From a virus (lineage: Duplodnaviria > Caudoviricetes): a DNA stretch of 64,000 bases. Made by a program: the position numbers and the translations under genes. Below the pieces are notes generated by a model, which saw only the letters and a list, made by a program, of their open reading frames with translations, did no database searches and was not told the DNA's origin. Positions 37,009-46,258 of this stretch are shown here, piece by piece. The DNA lies in IMG/VR virus record IMGVR_UViG_3300011337_000669; one strand, given 5' to 3'. Numbering within the stretch: position 1 is the first letter of the stretch; the number at the start of each line of letters is the position of its first letter.

Positions 37009-37336
37009 CTAAATCGATATGATTAAAGGTTCCAAAATAAATCTTTGTTGGTGGTTCGATGCCAAGGTAGTTAGAGAACCATTTTCTGATTGACTCTTTT
37101 TTTTGTTCATAGTCAAGTGAAAACATATCTACTAATGGATCTGAAATTTTTGCTCTGTCAAAGACTATTTTATCTTCAGGTTTTGACCACATAAAAACTA
37201 TTTCCCCATCTTTCAAGGCAAAATCCCATTCTTTATATAATTTTCCACCTGAAAACGAATCCAAATTATTATAGGTATCATTCAAAAAATATGCCCCCAA
37301 GTCAATCAGTCTCGATTCTGTAATTATTACCTTCAT
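36992..37336 (-). CDS. leader-family small protein (MKVIITESRL)
   Basis: TATTTAT at 37342-37348; MFSL..IRKWF. Confidence 0.8.
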   Translation of the reverse strand: MKVIITESRLIDLGAYFLNDTYNNLDSFSGGKLYKEWDFALKDGEIVFMWSKPEDKIVFDRAKISDPLVDMFSLDYEQKKESIRKWFSNYLGIEPPTKIYFGTFNHIDLDEISN

Positions 37337-37366
37337 AAGTAATAAATATCAACAGGTATTTCTTTA

Positions 37367-37585
37367 CTAACACCCATCCTCACAAAACTTCTCAAGAAGT
37401 TCAAGTTCAATTTGGTTGATGTTTGCCGGAGTATCATCATCCCAAGATATCTCGATGGATTTTTGTTCTCCGGCAGTTTCATTCACCTCCACAGAAAAAG
37501 GGTACATAAACCCCTGATTATCAGTATAATAACCATAGGAGGTTTTCACAACCATAAAATTTTCTTTATCAATAATAATTCCCAT
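37367..37585 (-). CDS. small hypothetical protein
   Basis: ATG at 37585 within the ORF-track ORF. Confidence 0.6.
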   Translation of the reverse strand: MGIIIDKENFMVVKTSYGYYTDNQGFMYPFSVEVNETAGEQKSIEISWDDDTPANINQIELELLEKFCEDGC

Positions 37586-37688
37586 ATCTTTTTTTTTGTA
37601 AAAATAAATAATTTGTTGGTTCTTTCCAAAAAAAGAATAAAAAAAACCCACCTTTATGGGGTGGGGATTATATTTTAAATTTGATTGA

Positions 37689-38276
37689 TTATGGAGTTGG
37701 ATAATCCACTTTTGGAACAGGTAGATTACCTGCGCCGGTAGTACAGAAAGTTTGTTTTAATTCTTTGGTCAAAGAAGGTGCGAAAACAGTCCAATGGATT
37801 TTTTTGCTTCCGTCTTTATTGGGTGAATTATCAAATGACATGAACAACTTGTCAGGAATATTACACATGAAGGATGCTTTATCATATTGTTCCTCTCCAA
37901 AAGGCGAATTTTTCATCTCAACTTCGAATGTTACATCATAATTTGTATCGAAATAAACTTTTTTAATTTCAAAAGTTCCGGAATTATTACCTGTACTATC
38001 AGGTTTGTTCTTGTCCTCAATTACAGTATATGTGTTAAATTGTTTACCCACAAATTTTTTCAAAAGATCTGGATTTTTGAATGGATTTGTAGTCGTTTCT
38101 CCACTAGTTGGGATTGGGAGGGTTGGGTTTGACATTGGTGGAGTAGTCTTGGTTTTCACACCAGGATTTTCACCAGTTTGTACAACAGTGGTTTGAGTTT
38201 GTTCACTCATCAGTCGTTTCTCCAATCTTTGGTTGGCTTCTTGAATATGTCTGATTTTACTGAAACTTTTATTCAT
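37689..38276 (-). CDS. leader-family protein (MNKSFSKIRHIQEANQRLEKRLMSE)
   Basis: TATTTAT at 38292-38298. Confidence 0.8.
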   Translation of the reverse strand: MNKSFSKIRHIQEANQRLEKRLMSEQTQTTVVQTGENPGVKTKTTPPMSNPTLPIPTSGETTTNPFKNPDLLKKFVGKQFNTYTVIEDKNKPDSTGNNSGTFEIKKVYFDTNYDVTFEVEMKNSPFGEEQYDKASFMCNIPDKLFMSFDNSPNKDGSKKIHWTVFAPSLTKELKQTFCTTGAGNLPVPKVDYPTP

Positions 38277-38363
38277 AATTTTGTATTTCCAATAAATATC
38301 ATTAAACACAAAAAAACCCCACCTTTATGGGGTGGGGTGAAGTTAACTTCAATACTTAATTTA

Positions 38364-38768
38364 TTATTGAGGTTGTTGAGGCGCTTGTGCCTTTGCAATT
38401 GCTTGTGCCAAAGCATCAAGTGGTGCCAATACGTTGGAAATTGCCGGTAAATATGGTTTGAACGCTTGTGTATTTTGATATTGAGAAATAGCCTTTTTAA
38501 TAGTATCAGGAAGATTACCAAGTTGTCTTCTGATTTTCAAAACGTCATAAATCGCATTTATTTCATTTTGTTGAGCCTGATTTGTTGCTCGGTTTGTTGC
38601 TCTCAAATCTTGTCTTGCGTCTCTTCTTGCATCCTTTGCATCTCGAACACCTGTTCTAGCGGCATCAAGTTCTTGTTGTGCTGCTAGTTGTTGACTAGTT
38701 TGTTCTTGTATTGCCTTTTTAACCAATCTTGATAAATCAGCTTCGGTCATTCTTATAATTTTTCCCAT
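38364..38768 (-). CDS. leader-family protein (MGKIIRMTEADL), Ala/Gln-rich coiled coil
   Basis: TATTTAT at 38786-38792. Confidence 0.8.
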   Translation of the reverse strand: MGKIIRMTEADLSRLVKKAIQEQTSQQLAAQQELDAARTGVRDAKDARRDARQDLRATNRATNQAQQNEINAIYDVLKIRRQLGNLPDTIKKAISQYQNTQAFKPYLPAISNVLAPLDALAQAIAKAQAPQQPQ

Positions 38769-38841
38769 GTTATTTTCAGTTTAATATAAATATCACAAAG
38801 AATAAAAAAAACCCCACCGAATAAAGGATGGGGGTTTAATT

Positions 38842-39285
38842 TTAGTCAATCAAACTGATGGAGACAATATTATCTCCTTGTTGGATTTGTTCGATAAGGT
38901 CAAGACCTTCAATTACCTTTCCAAAACAGGTATGGTTCCCATCCAAGTGTTGGGTGTTTTGTCTAGTATGACAAATGAAAAACTGAGAACCTCCAGTATT
39001 TCTCCCTGAGTGAGCCATAGAAAGGACTCCTCTGTCGTGGAATTGTTTTGGCGCGGTTACTTCACAAGGAATATTATATCCTGGTCCACCATCCCCACGT
39101 TTATTTGGACAACCTCCTTGGGCGACAAATCCTGGAATAACTCTATGGAAGTTCAATCCATTGTAGAAACCATCTGATGCCAATTTCTTGAAGTTATCAA
39201 CCGTAATTGGGGTTTCGTTATCATAAAGTTCGACAATCATGTCCCCTTTATCTGTTGAAATTTTTGCTTTGCTCATCTTATTCAA
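38842..39285 (-). CDS. cyclophilin-type peptidyl-prolyl cis-trans isomerase
   Basis: FYNGLNFHRVIPGFVAQGG, LSMAHSGRNTGGSQFFI, HLDGNHTCFG. Confidence 0.95.
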   Translation of the reverse strand: MNKMSKAKISTDKGDMIVELYDNETPITVDNFKKLASDGFYNGLNFHRVIPGFVAQGGCPNKRGDGGPGYNIPCEVTAPKQFHDRGVLSMAHSGRNTGGSQFFICHTRQNTQHLDGNHTCFGKVIEGLDLIEQIQQGDNIVSISLID

Positions 39286-39353
39286 TTTTCAAAAAGTATA
39301 ATAAAAAAATATGAAATAAAAAACCCCTCCTAATTAAAGATGGGGTTGTATAA

Positions 39354-39683
39354 TTATTCTTGACAAGTTAACACATAAGTTTCCATCAAATCATCACCAT
39401 ACCAGTCACGGCACATAATAAAAATTCTGTCAATAAATTCTTCATAGCTACTTTCGGTAAAATACTCTTCGTTAACAGCAAAAAAATGTTCAATCGCCAT
39501 AGCAATAATGCTATCAGAATATTCGTATTCATCAACAAAGTCTCCACAAAGATCCGGAAATTCCTCCTGTGTTTCACGAATATATTTCTCGAAGGATTTC
39601 TTATTCACCCTTCGTTTCAATCTATTCATTAAGGAGGACTCGGACAATAATTCATATTGTGATTCTGTTATAATATATTTCAT
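39354..39683 (-). CDS. leader (MKYIITESQY) plus single KRR module
   Basis: LLSE-SSLMNRLKRRVN..FVDEYEYSDSII. Confidence 0.8.
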   Translation of the reverse strand: MKYIITESQYELLSESSLMNRLKRRVNKKSFEKYIRETQEEFPDLCGDFVDEYEYSDSIIAMAIEHFFAVNEEYFTESSYEEFIDRIFIMCRDWYGDDLMETYVLTCQE

Positions 39684-39684
39684 A

Positions 39685-40020
39685 TCAATAATCAGTTAAA
39701 ATAACGGAACCATCAGGAGAATACGCTTCAATCCAAAATTGATTGTTATATCGAGGAATTCCCAAATAATATAAAAAATCTATTCCTATATATTGAGATA
39801 TAAGATAATAAGGGTCGAATTCTTTCTCATACATATTTTTTTCAGTAATCGAATCATCATTCAGGTATACGGCAACTTTGTAGTTATCAAGCTTTCTGCG
39901 ACCTTTTCGACCCTCACCGACGTAAGTAATCTCAACACGATCCACCATAGGATAAACATTCTTTAACAAAGAAGAATTCGCAATCTTATTCAACGCCTTT
40001 AATTCTTGATCACTTAACAT
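39685..40020 (-). CDS. hypothetical protein, weakly similar to 45555-45989
   Basis: LLKNVYPMVDRV..FDPY vs LMREFPWIKDV..FDPT; TATTTAT at 40025-40031. Confidence 0.75.
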   Translation of the reverse strand: MLSDQELKALNKIANSSLLKNVYPMVDRVEITYVGEGRKGRRKLDNYKVAVYLNDDSITEKNMYEKEFDPYYLISQYIGIDFLYYLGIPRYNNQFWIEAYSPDGSVILTDY

Positions 40021-40040
40021 ATCAATAAATATCTATTATC

Positions 40041-40090
40041 CAAAAAAGGGGTTGGGGATTAGAACGACCGAAGGGAGAAATCGAATCCGA
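40041..40090. repeat. intergenic repeat, copy 1
   Basis: CAAAAAAGGGGTTGGGGATTAGAACGACCGAAGGGAGAA. Confidence 0.9.
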
Positions 40091-40143
40091 ATATATTTTA
40101 CATACACACAATAATGTACTACATTTGTTCCAAACAAAGAAAA

Positions 40144-40839
40144 ATGAAATACAGAAAGAAACCAGTAATCATTGACGCAGTTCAATGGACAGGAAAGAAT
40201 CGTAGAGAAATGTTTGACTTCCTAACCCAAGATACATTCAAGAATGAAACAATGGAAATAAGTGATAAACACTTTTACATTGACCGTCATAATGACGGTG
40301 GGTTGGTTATTAAAACCCTTGAAGGAGAACATCTTGCAACAATTGGGGATTACATCATCAGAGGTGTTCAAGGTGAATACTACCCTTGTAAAGAAGATAT
40401 CTTCCTTCAGACCTATGAGAAGGTCGAGGATAATCCTATAACCCTATCATTGAAAGATCTTTATGTCCACGGTAATGGTGATAAAAATAGTACTGGGGGG
40501 ACGACAATTAGTGTTCCTACTAAAGTACCTTACCATACAATTTGTAGTTGTAATGGTAGTGGTCTTTGTGGGTGTACTATCGCTAATAATATGGTAGATA
40601 ATCCTAATATTCTTAAGACTACTACTGGTAATATTACTACCGGTGTATTAAACACTGCAACATCATCATCCACATATGGATATCCAAGAACTGAACCTGA
40701 ACCAAATGGAGTCAAATGTCCAAAATGTGGTGAAGAATTAATGGACACTTACCCAAACATGATATTAACCTCCGATCCACCACAAAAAAATGTTCACTGT
40801 CCAAAGTGTGACCATAAAGGATACAGATTTATTTCATAA
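40144..40839 (+). CDS. common phage protein (MKYRKKPVIIDAVQW family) with C-terminal Zn ribbon
   Basis: IKTLEG..GDYIIRGVQGEYYPCK; CPKCG..CPKC; TACATTTG at 40120-40127. Confidence 0.8.
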   Translation: MKYRKKPVIIDAVQWTGKNRREMFDFLTQDTFKNETMEISDKHFYIDRHNDGGLVIKTLEGEHLATIGDYIIRGVQGEYYPCKEDIFLQTYEKVEDNPITLSLKDLYVHGNGDKNSTGGTTISVPTKVPYHTICSCNGSGLCGCTIANNMVDNPNILKTTTGNITTGVLNTATSSSTYGYPRTEPEPNGVKCPKCGEELMDTYPNMILTSDPPQKNVHCPKCDHKGYRFIS

Positions 40840-40872
40840 TAAAAAACCCCACCTTTAAGGGGTGGGGTTAAA

Positions 40873-41460
40873 TTATGGATTTCTTCTTTTATCCCAAATA
40901 TCTACGACATGCAAATACATATCATCAAGGTTCTCTTTTCCTGATTCAATTCTTCGAATAACCTCTTCCTTTGTATAAAGAGTATTTTTAACAATATAGT
41001 CAATCATTTCTTCATCTGTGATTCCTTCAGGTTTTTCGGGTTCAGGAATACACTCGTATTCTCTATCTGATGTGCCAATGTCTTCAATAGATAACCCTGA
41101 CTCTCCAACGATTTGTTCGAACTTAGGAACCATCATTTCATCATACCATTCAAGAATTACATGCAGAACATATGATTTCCTTAAGCTCAATGCTGTTGTA
41201 AGAACATCAACAAAACTTTTGGATATCATCAAATAACCTTGGTCAAATCGACCATCCTCAAAATAATAAATTGCGGTAATTACTTCTTTCCCATCAACAC
41301 ACCAATCCTCACGAAGATTTCCGTAATTACGTGCCTTAGGAGTGACCTTACGTTTGCCACCATCAATATATTGATTTATATATTTGACAATAGCGTTGCT
41401 AATAGACTGGCTACTCCTGTTAAGTTTTCTATATTGTTCTTCTGTTATGATGTATTTCAT
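40873..41460 (-). CDS. leader-family protein (MKYIITEEQY)
   Basis: TATTTAT at 41467-41473. Confidence 0.8.
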   Translation of the reverse strand: MKYIITEEQYRKLNRSSQSISNAIVKYINQYIDGGKRKVTPKARNYGNLREDWCVDGKEVITAIYYFEDGRFDQGYLMISKSFVDVLTTALSLRKSYVLHVILEWYDEMMVPKFEQIVGESGLSIEDIGTSDREYECIPEPEKPEGITDEEMIDYIVKNTLYTKEEVIRRIESGKENLDDMYLHVVDIWDKRRNP

Positions 41461-41482
41461 ATATCAATAAATATCAATTATC

Positions 41483-41535
41483 CCAAAAAGGGGCTGGGGA
41501 TTAGAACGACCGAAGGGAGAACGAACGGATCCGAA
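41483..41535. repeat. intergenic repeat, copy 2
   Basis: CCAAAAAGGGGCTGGGGATTAGAACGACCGAAGGGAGAA. Confidence 0.9.
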
Positions 41536-41581
41536 CAACAATAAAAAAACCCACCTTTATGGGGTGGGGATTAAACTTTAA

Positions 41582-42319
41582 TTAAAGATGATTTCTTAAC
41601 ATGCTAATGACATCTTCTTCATCTTTATTCCAAATGTCCTTAATTTTATTTTTATCAATCAACATCGGTCGAGCATAATATGTCATTTTTTTCACCCTAT
41701 CTCCAAATCTTTCCTCAAACTTATTCTTGGCATAATCTATCATCTCTTTTGTGAATTGTTTATACTCACGTTCGATATCATTTTCCCATCCCCATTGTTT
41801 ACCAGAAATTAAAAATATTTTTTTATCCTTTCTATCATAATACATGATAAACTTATTTCCGCCAGGAGTTCCCGTGTTGAATGTAACCTTTCCACCTTTT
41901 GATGATTTATCTTCGATTCCCAAAATACCATTACTTGATACAATCAAAAAGTCTGGAGATGCTTTTGACCCAAATGGTTCTTTAATAAAATACACCGAAT
42001 TAACATCAATATCATCGAAATAATTGGACAATGTGGTTGTTGTAAATTTCGATGGGTCGGATGAATTATAAACCGATTTCATTTTGGCAACACATGCCTT
42101 ATTTTTAAGAATAAATTGACCATCATTTATAAAATCCAAGGATATCACCTGATTGAAAATATAATCTTCACGGTCTTTCGATGTCCAGTTATTTCCGATG
42201 TTGTTCACCGTATTTTTCAAAGCATCGACCAAACCAGTCATTTTTTGACGAGCAATATTTTCATTAGGTATTGTCTGAGATAAAACATTTGATACGGAAT
42301 TTCTGATACTTTCTGCCAT
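41582..42319 (-). CDS. putative PD-(D/E)xK restriction endonuclease
   Basis: EPFGSKASPDFLI..GIEDKSSK; directly downstream of an adenine MTase. Confidence 0.7.
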   Translation of the reverse strand: MAESIRNSVSNVLSQTIPNENIARQKMTGLVDALKNTVNNIGNNWTSKDREDYIFNQVISLDFINDGQFILKNKACVAKMKSVYNSSDPSKFTTTTLSNYFDDIDVNSVYFIKEPFGSKASPDFLIVSSNGILGIEDKSSKGGKVTFNTGTPGGNKFIMYYDRKDKKIFLISGKQWGWENDIEREYKQFTKEMIDYAKNKFEERFGDRVKKMTYYARPMLIDKNKIKDIWNKDEEDVISMLRNHL

Positions 42320-42333
42320 AGACAAATAAATAG

Positions 42334-43431
42334 TTAATATTCAAAATTTAATATTTCGTTCACGGTAATATTGGTGCTATTAAAATAATCTTGGAAGGAT
42401 ATATGTCCCCCGACCATCATTTCATATAGTTCCTTAATCATTTCCTTATTTTCATGAGTAATCACCATAACGTGATTTTCAAACAAGTATGAATCATTAT
42501 TCTCAATCAAAGCAAATTTCATATTTTTTGATATTACCCGTGGCATAACAATACAATCTTTTACTTTGGATATTTCATCAGAAACAATATATTGTTTTTT
42601 TCCCGGAATCTTGCTTCTAAGTTTACCGCCAATTTTGATTTCATTATCTCCAATATTATTTGAATATAACAATATTTTTTGGGAAGAATCATCGGTCAAT
42701 TTTTCTTTCACATTATACCACAGAATATCCCCAATTTTGCATACAAAACCTTTTTCCTTTAAGGTCATGCCATTTGAAACATTTTTGGTCAATGTATAAT
42801 AATTATTTTTCAAACTTATGAATGAATGACCCTCATCGAACTTTTTTTGCAATATCAAAAGACAAACATCGATGGAGACATCTTTGAATGGAATCTGATG
42901 GATAATATCCACAACGGCATATTCATCATAGATTTTTTTCCGAATGTCATTATACCAAGGACTTGATAAAATGGTTGAAGGCAAAAGATACGCCAACACC
43001 CCACCGTCCTTTAACAACTCAAAAGATTTGTCCATAAACAAATGAACCAAATTAATTCTCCCCCTCTTTTCAAAATTAAATCGTTCACGTAATTTACTCT
43101 TTTCATCTTCATCATAATAAGAATAAACCAATTCAATATATGGAGGATTTCCAATAATAAAATCATATTGTTTATCAAAATCAGTTAAAAGAAAATCACC
43201 CAATAAACAATTGGCACCATCAATAGGTGAGAACACCTCAGGGTCAATCTCAAAACAATCAATACTTAAATCGGATTTTTTTAATTCAGACACAAAATTC
43301 CCCGAACCAAAACTTGGCTCCAAAACCCATCCCGATAAATCAAATCTTTTTCTTAATTCTTCAATAGTGAAATTACACTCATTCACGTCAGTATTAAACT
43401 GACCATACTTAGCTCTTTTTGACTTTCCCAT
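42334..43431 (-). CDS. N6-adenine DNA methyltransferase (gamma class, TaqI/Eco57I-like)
   Basis: GQFNT, LEPSFGSGNF (motif I), IIGNPPY (motif IV), LKDGGVLAYLLP. Confidence 0.92.
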   Translation of the reverse strand: MGKSKRAKYGQFNTDVNECNFTIEELRKRFDLSGWVLEPSFGSGNFVSELKKSDLSIDCFEIDPEVFSPIDGANCLLGDFLLTDFDKQYDFIIGNPPYIELVYSYYDEDEKSKLRERFNFEKRGRINLVHLFMDKSFELLKDGGVLAYLLPSTILSSPWYNDIRKKIYDEYAVVDIIHQIPFKDVSIDVCLLILQKKFDEGHSFISLKNNYYTLTKNVSNGMTLKEKGFVCKIGDILWYNVKEKLTDDSSQKILLYSNNIGDNEIKIGGKLRSKIPGKKQYIVSDEISKVKDCIVMPRVISKNMKFALIENNDSYLFENHVMVITHENKEMIKELYEMMVGGHISFQDYFNSTNITVNEILNFEY

Positions 43432-43488
43432 ACAGTTATAAATATAATTCATTTATCGTGGAAAATAAAATAATTAGACACAAATATC

Positions 43489-43550
43489 CAAAAAAGGGGT
43501 TGGGGATTAGAACGACCGAAGGGAGAACGGACGGGGCGGTATACGAATAA
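43489..43550. repeat. intergenic repeat, copy 3
   Basis: CAAAAAAGGGGTTGGGGATTAGAACGACCGAAGGGAGAACGGACG..GCGGTATACGAATAAC. Confidence 0.9.
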
Positions 43551-43573
43551 CAACAGATAAGATACGAATATCT

Positions 43574-43906
43574 TTAACCTTTATCCACAGATTTAACAGG
43601 AAGTTTTGTATTTTCCTCAAACCATTTAATAAAAATAGATTTCCAATGTTCACCAAACAAATCCGTGAGATAATCATAAGTTTCGTCAGGAAGATAAACC
43701 TTCCCCCTTTTTTTCAAAGCTTTCCATAAGTAATACATATGGTCGTAAGGATTATCCTCATCCCAAAATAAATAAAGTTCACCATAGTCGTCCTCCAATT
43801 TCTCAATATATTCTTCAGGATTCCATCCATCATAGGGAGTGAGATTAGAATTCAAAAAATCAACTATTACTTCTCCCAATCTACTACTTGTAATAATATA
43901 TTTCAT
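43574..43906 (-). CDS. leader-family small protein (MKYIITSSRL)
   Basis: TATTTAT at 43912-43918; DLFG..FIKWF. Confidence 0.8.
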   Translation of the reverse strand: MKYIITSSRLGEVIVDFLNSNLTPYDGWNPEEYIEKLEDDYGELYLFWDEDNPYDHMYYLWKALKKRGKVYLPDETYDYLTDLFGEHWKSIFIKWFEENTKLPVKSVDKG

Positions 43907-43930
43907 AATTAATAAATACCCAAAACTTCC

Positions 43931-43992
43931 CAAAAAGGGGATGGGGATTCTCACGACCGAAGGGAGAACGGACGAAGCGGTATACGAATAAC
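43931..43992. repeat. intergenic repeat, copy 4
   Basis: CAAAAAGGGGATGGGGATTCTCACGACCGAAGGGAGAACGGACGAAGCGGTATACGAATAAC. Confidence 0.88.
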
Positions 43993-43994
43993 GA

Positions 43995-44735
43995 CTATAA
44001 TATCTTATCCCCCTTACTCATATTATCCTCACCCCATAATGGCTGAAGATTTGTATAATGACATAACCCGATTAACTCTTCTTCAGAAGTTGCAGAAGAT
44101 AGGGGAATTATATGGTCAATATGCCAATCACCCCTATTCTCCCAAGACATACCATCAACAAACTTTGATTCCAAATATTCCTTGAACTCATCATATGTCA
44201 TCCCAACAACCTCTTCCGTTGAAGTATCAAATTTCTTATACCCCTGTCTCCTAAATGAATTACGAATTAAATTACGAAGACGAACCTTCATAGCAAACAT
44301 CTCATCTTCATTCCATCTACGCTTCCATCTCTCATATTCACTCTTTCTCTTTTTTTGCCTCTGCATTTCTTTCCACTCATCAGTCTTATAGTATTCCATA
44401 CGTTTTTTCCACTCCAAACTTTTTTGAAGTTTCTGTTCCTTGATAAGCATCCTCTCTTCTTTCCGAACTTCCTTCAATCGATTCAGTTCATCAGTTATTT
44501 TTTTCTTCTCCTCTCTGATAATACGATTCCCCTCCACAATTTTTGACTCATATCGTTTCTTTGAGTCTTTTATCTTTTTCTTCCCCTCCTCAGTTTGTCT
44601 CCATTTTTTATGATTGCCTCTATTAATCTCTACACGACATTTTTTACAAGCACCTTTTGGTTTTCCCTTTTCATAGTAATATTCTGTTAGGGGTAAATCT
44701 AATTCACATTTACAGCATAATTTTGTCTCATCCAT
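43995..44735 (-). CDS. HNH-type homing-endonuclease-like protein
   Basis: N-terminal CCKC..CKKC, charged coil, WHIDHIIPLSSA..LCHYTNLQPLW; TATATTTG at 44741-44748. Confidence 0.85.
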   Translation of the reverse strand: MDETKLCCKCELDLPLTEYYYEKGKPKGACKKCRVEINRGNHKKWRQTEEGKKKIKDSKKRYESKIVEGNRIIREEKKKITDELNRLKEVRKEERMLIKEQKLQKSLEWKKRMEYYKTDEWKEMQRQKKRKSEYERWKRRWNEDEMFAMKVRLRNLIRNSFRRQGYKKFDTSTEEVVGMTYDEFKEYLESKFVDGMSWENRGDWHIDHIIPLSSATSEEELIGLCHYTNLQPLWGEDNMSKGDKIL

Positions 44736-45554
44736 ATAATCAAATATAGGGGATTATCCCCCAAAAATAAATAACTATATAATCAATAGGATTACCTTTT
44801 TTATGAAAAATTTTCCAAAAATTCTAAAAAGGATATACACACCTTTTTCAAACAAGGGGTCGTGTTTATAGAAACTAACACCCCACAATATACGGTAGGG
44901 GGAGAAACCCAAAAAAGGTCATTTTTAGCTGCAAAATTTTATTCGGGTAACATAGGGAATTGATGACCATAATATGACATTCTGACAGGAGGGAAGGGGG
45001 GATTCCTATACGAAGGACAGAAAGACAGGAGGGGGGAGGGGGGTATATCGTATGCCAAACCCCTCCCATCTAATATATTTATTTATCCCCCCCTCCCTAT
45101 GAGTTATCCACCTCCTTATAGTCGGGGATAAATACTTATCCACAAGATATACATTGTTAGCACAATGGTTCCCGTATTCGACCCCGACCATAGATGTGTA
45201 TAAGTTGTGGAGAAATAAATGGTGATATGTTTGGTGGGGTGAATAATAATGACGACCTTTATGTACTTGATGTTCTGTCGTACGGATAGATAAGGAGGCG
45301 GGGTAAGTAATTACTCGGGAGAGTGGACTCCGACACACCCCAAACAAAATAATATATTGTGGATAAGTGGTATGACAGATAGTCAATAATAAAAAGTACG
45401 TAGGGGTAACCGAAGAATGTTCTGTATAACAATACAATTATATCTTGGAATCCTCTGTCCTATTGATCATAATCCAGATTATATAACATGGTTCTATAAC
45501 TCCCCCAACCTTTTATTGTATTATATGGGGAATGTTTAGATGACCCTTAAAAAT

Positions 45555-45989
45555 TTAGATAGACATGAAAGGTTGTTCCCCTGGCTTACGATTGATATGC
45601 CATGTCCCCAATTCAATATTACGATTACCGAACTTAAACTCATCAGGAAGGGTGGGGTTCTCAGATACATCTTTGATGGTTCTCCTTATATCATCACGGA
45701 CTCTCTTGTATTCCTCATACTCCATATCGTTAATAAGGTTGGGGTACGAATAGTCAATATACTTCCCCTCATCAACCAACTCCTGAATCCATTTCTTCGT
45801 CTCATGACCATAAGCCTCAGAAAACTCGGTGGGGTCGAACTCAAAGTTCAAAAAAATTGTTGTATAAAGATCCAAGTCCTCCTGTCTAACGAACACATCC
45901 TTAATCCATGGGAACTCCCTCATCAATGCTCTCTTAATCAACTTGAAAGCATAAACGTTATATATATCTTCAGGTGTTGTCTTCCCCAT
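45555..45989 (-). CDS. hypothetical protein
   Basis: ORF track; TATTTAT at 46006-46012. Confidence 0.8.
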   Translation of the reverse strand: MGKTTPEDIYNVYAFKLIKRALMREFPWIKDVFVRQEDLDLYTTIFLNFEFDPTEFSEAYGHETKKWIQELVDEGKYIDYSYPNLINDMEYEEYKRVRDDIRRTIKDVSENPTLPDEFKFGNRNIELGTWHINRKPGEQPFMSI

Positions 45990-46003
45990 GTCATTACCGT
46001 TTA

Positions 46004-46258
46004 TTATAAATACTCAGCCTTTATCATCTTTTGACATACCTCCACAATTTCCTTGGGGATTATCTCATAATTACTCACCTCATATAATCTCTCAATCTTC
46101 GCATCAACACATACCCAAGCATCCATACTCACAGGCTTACGTTGAAATGTTCTCTTCGCTCTCTCAAAATACAGAGAACCAACCTCTTGATCATTGAAGG
46201 AAATAATGAACCGTATCTTATCATCCACCTTCTCCATTATATATACTAAATCTATCAT
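46004..46258 (-). CDS. hypothetical protein
   Basis: ORF track; start codon overlaps a DnaA box. Confidence 0.65.
   Translation of the reverse strand: MIDLVYIMEKVDDKIRFIISFNDQEVGSLYFERAKRTFQRKPVSMDAWVCVDAKIERLYEVSNYEIIPKEIVEVCQKMIKAEYL

Larger units (their letters stand above)
37641..41572 (-). repeat. family of near-identical CCC(C)ACC-TTTA(T/A)-GG(G)GTGGGG terminator hairpins (37641, 38310, 38805, 40839, 41544; relatives at 21881, 47137, 52347)
   Basis: Sequence-similar hairpins with A tract on + strand, each directly after a minus-strand stop codon. Confidence 0.75.

Noticed and set aside
40041-43992. CRISPR or integron interpretation of the four intergenic repeats
   Set aside because: Spacing is 0.4-2 kb with whole genes between copies, no attC-like palindrome was seen, and no cas or integrase gene lies in the window.
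44875-45437. ORF-track ORFs 44875-45069 and 45006-45437
   Set aside because: Low-complexity translations with atypical composition, no promoter motif; they overlap the DnaA-box block.
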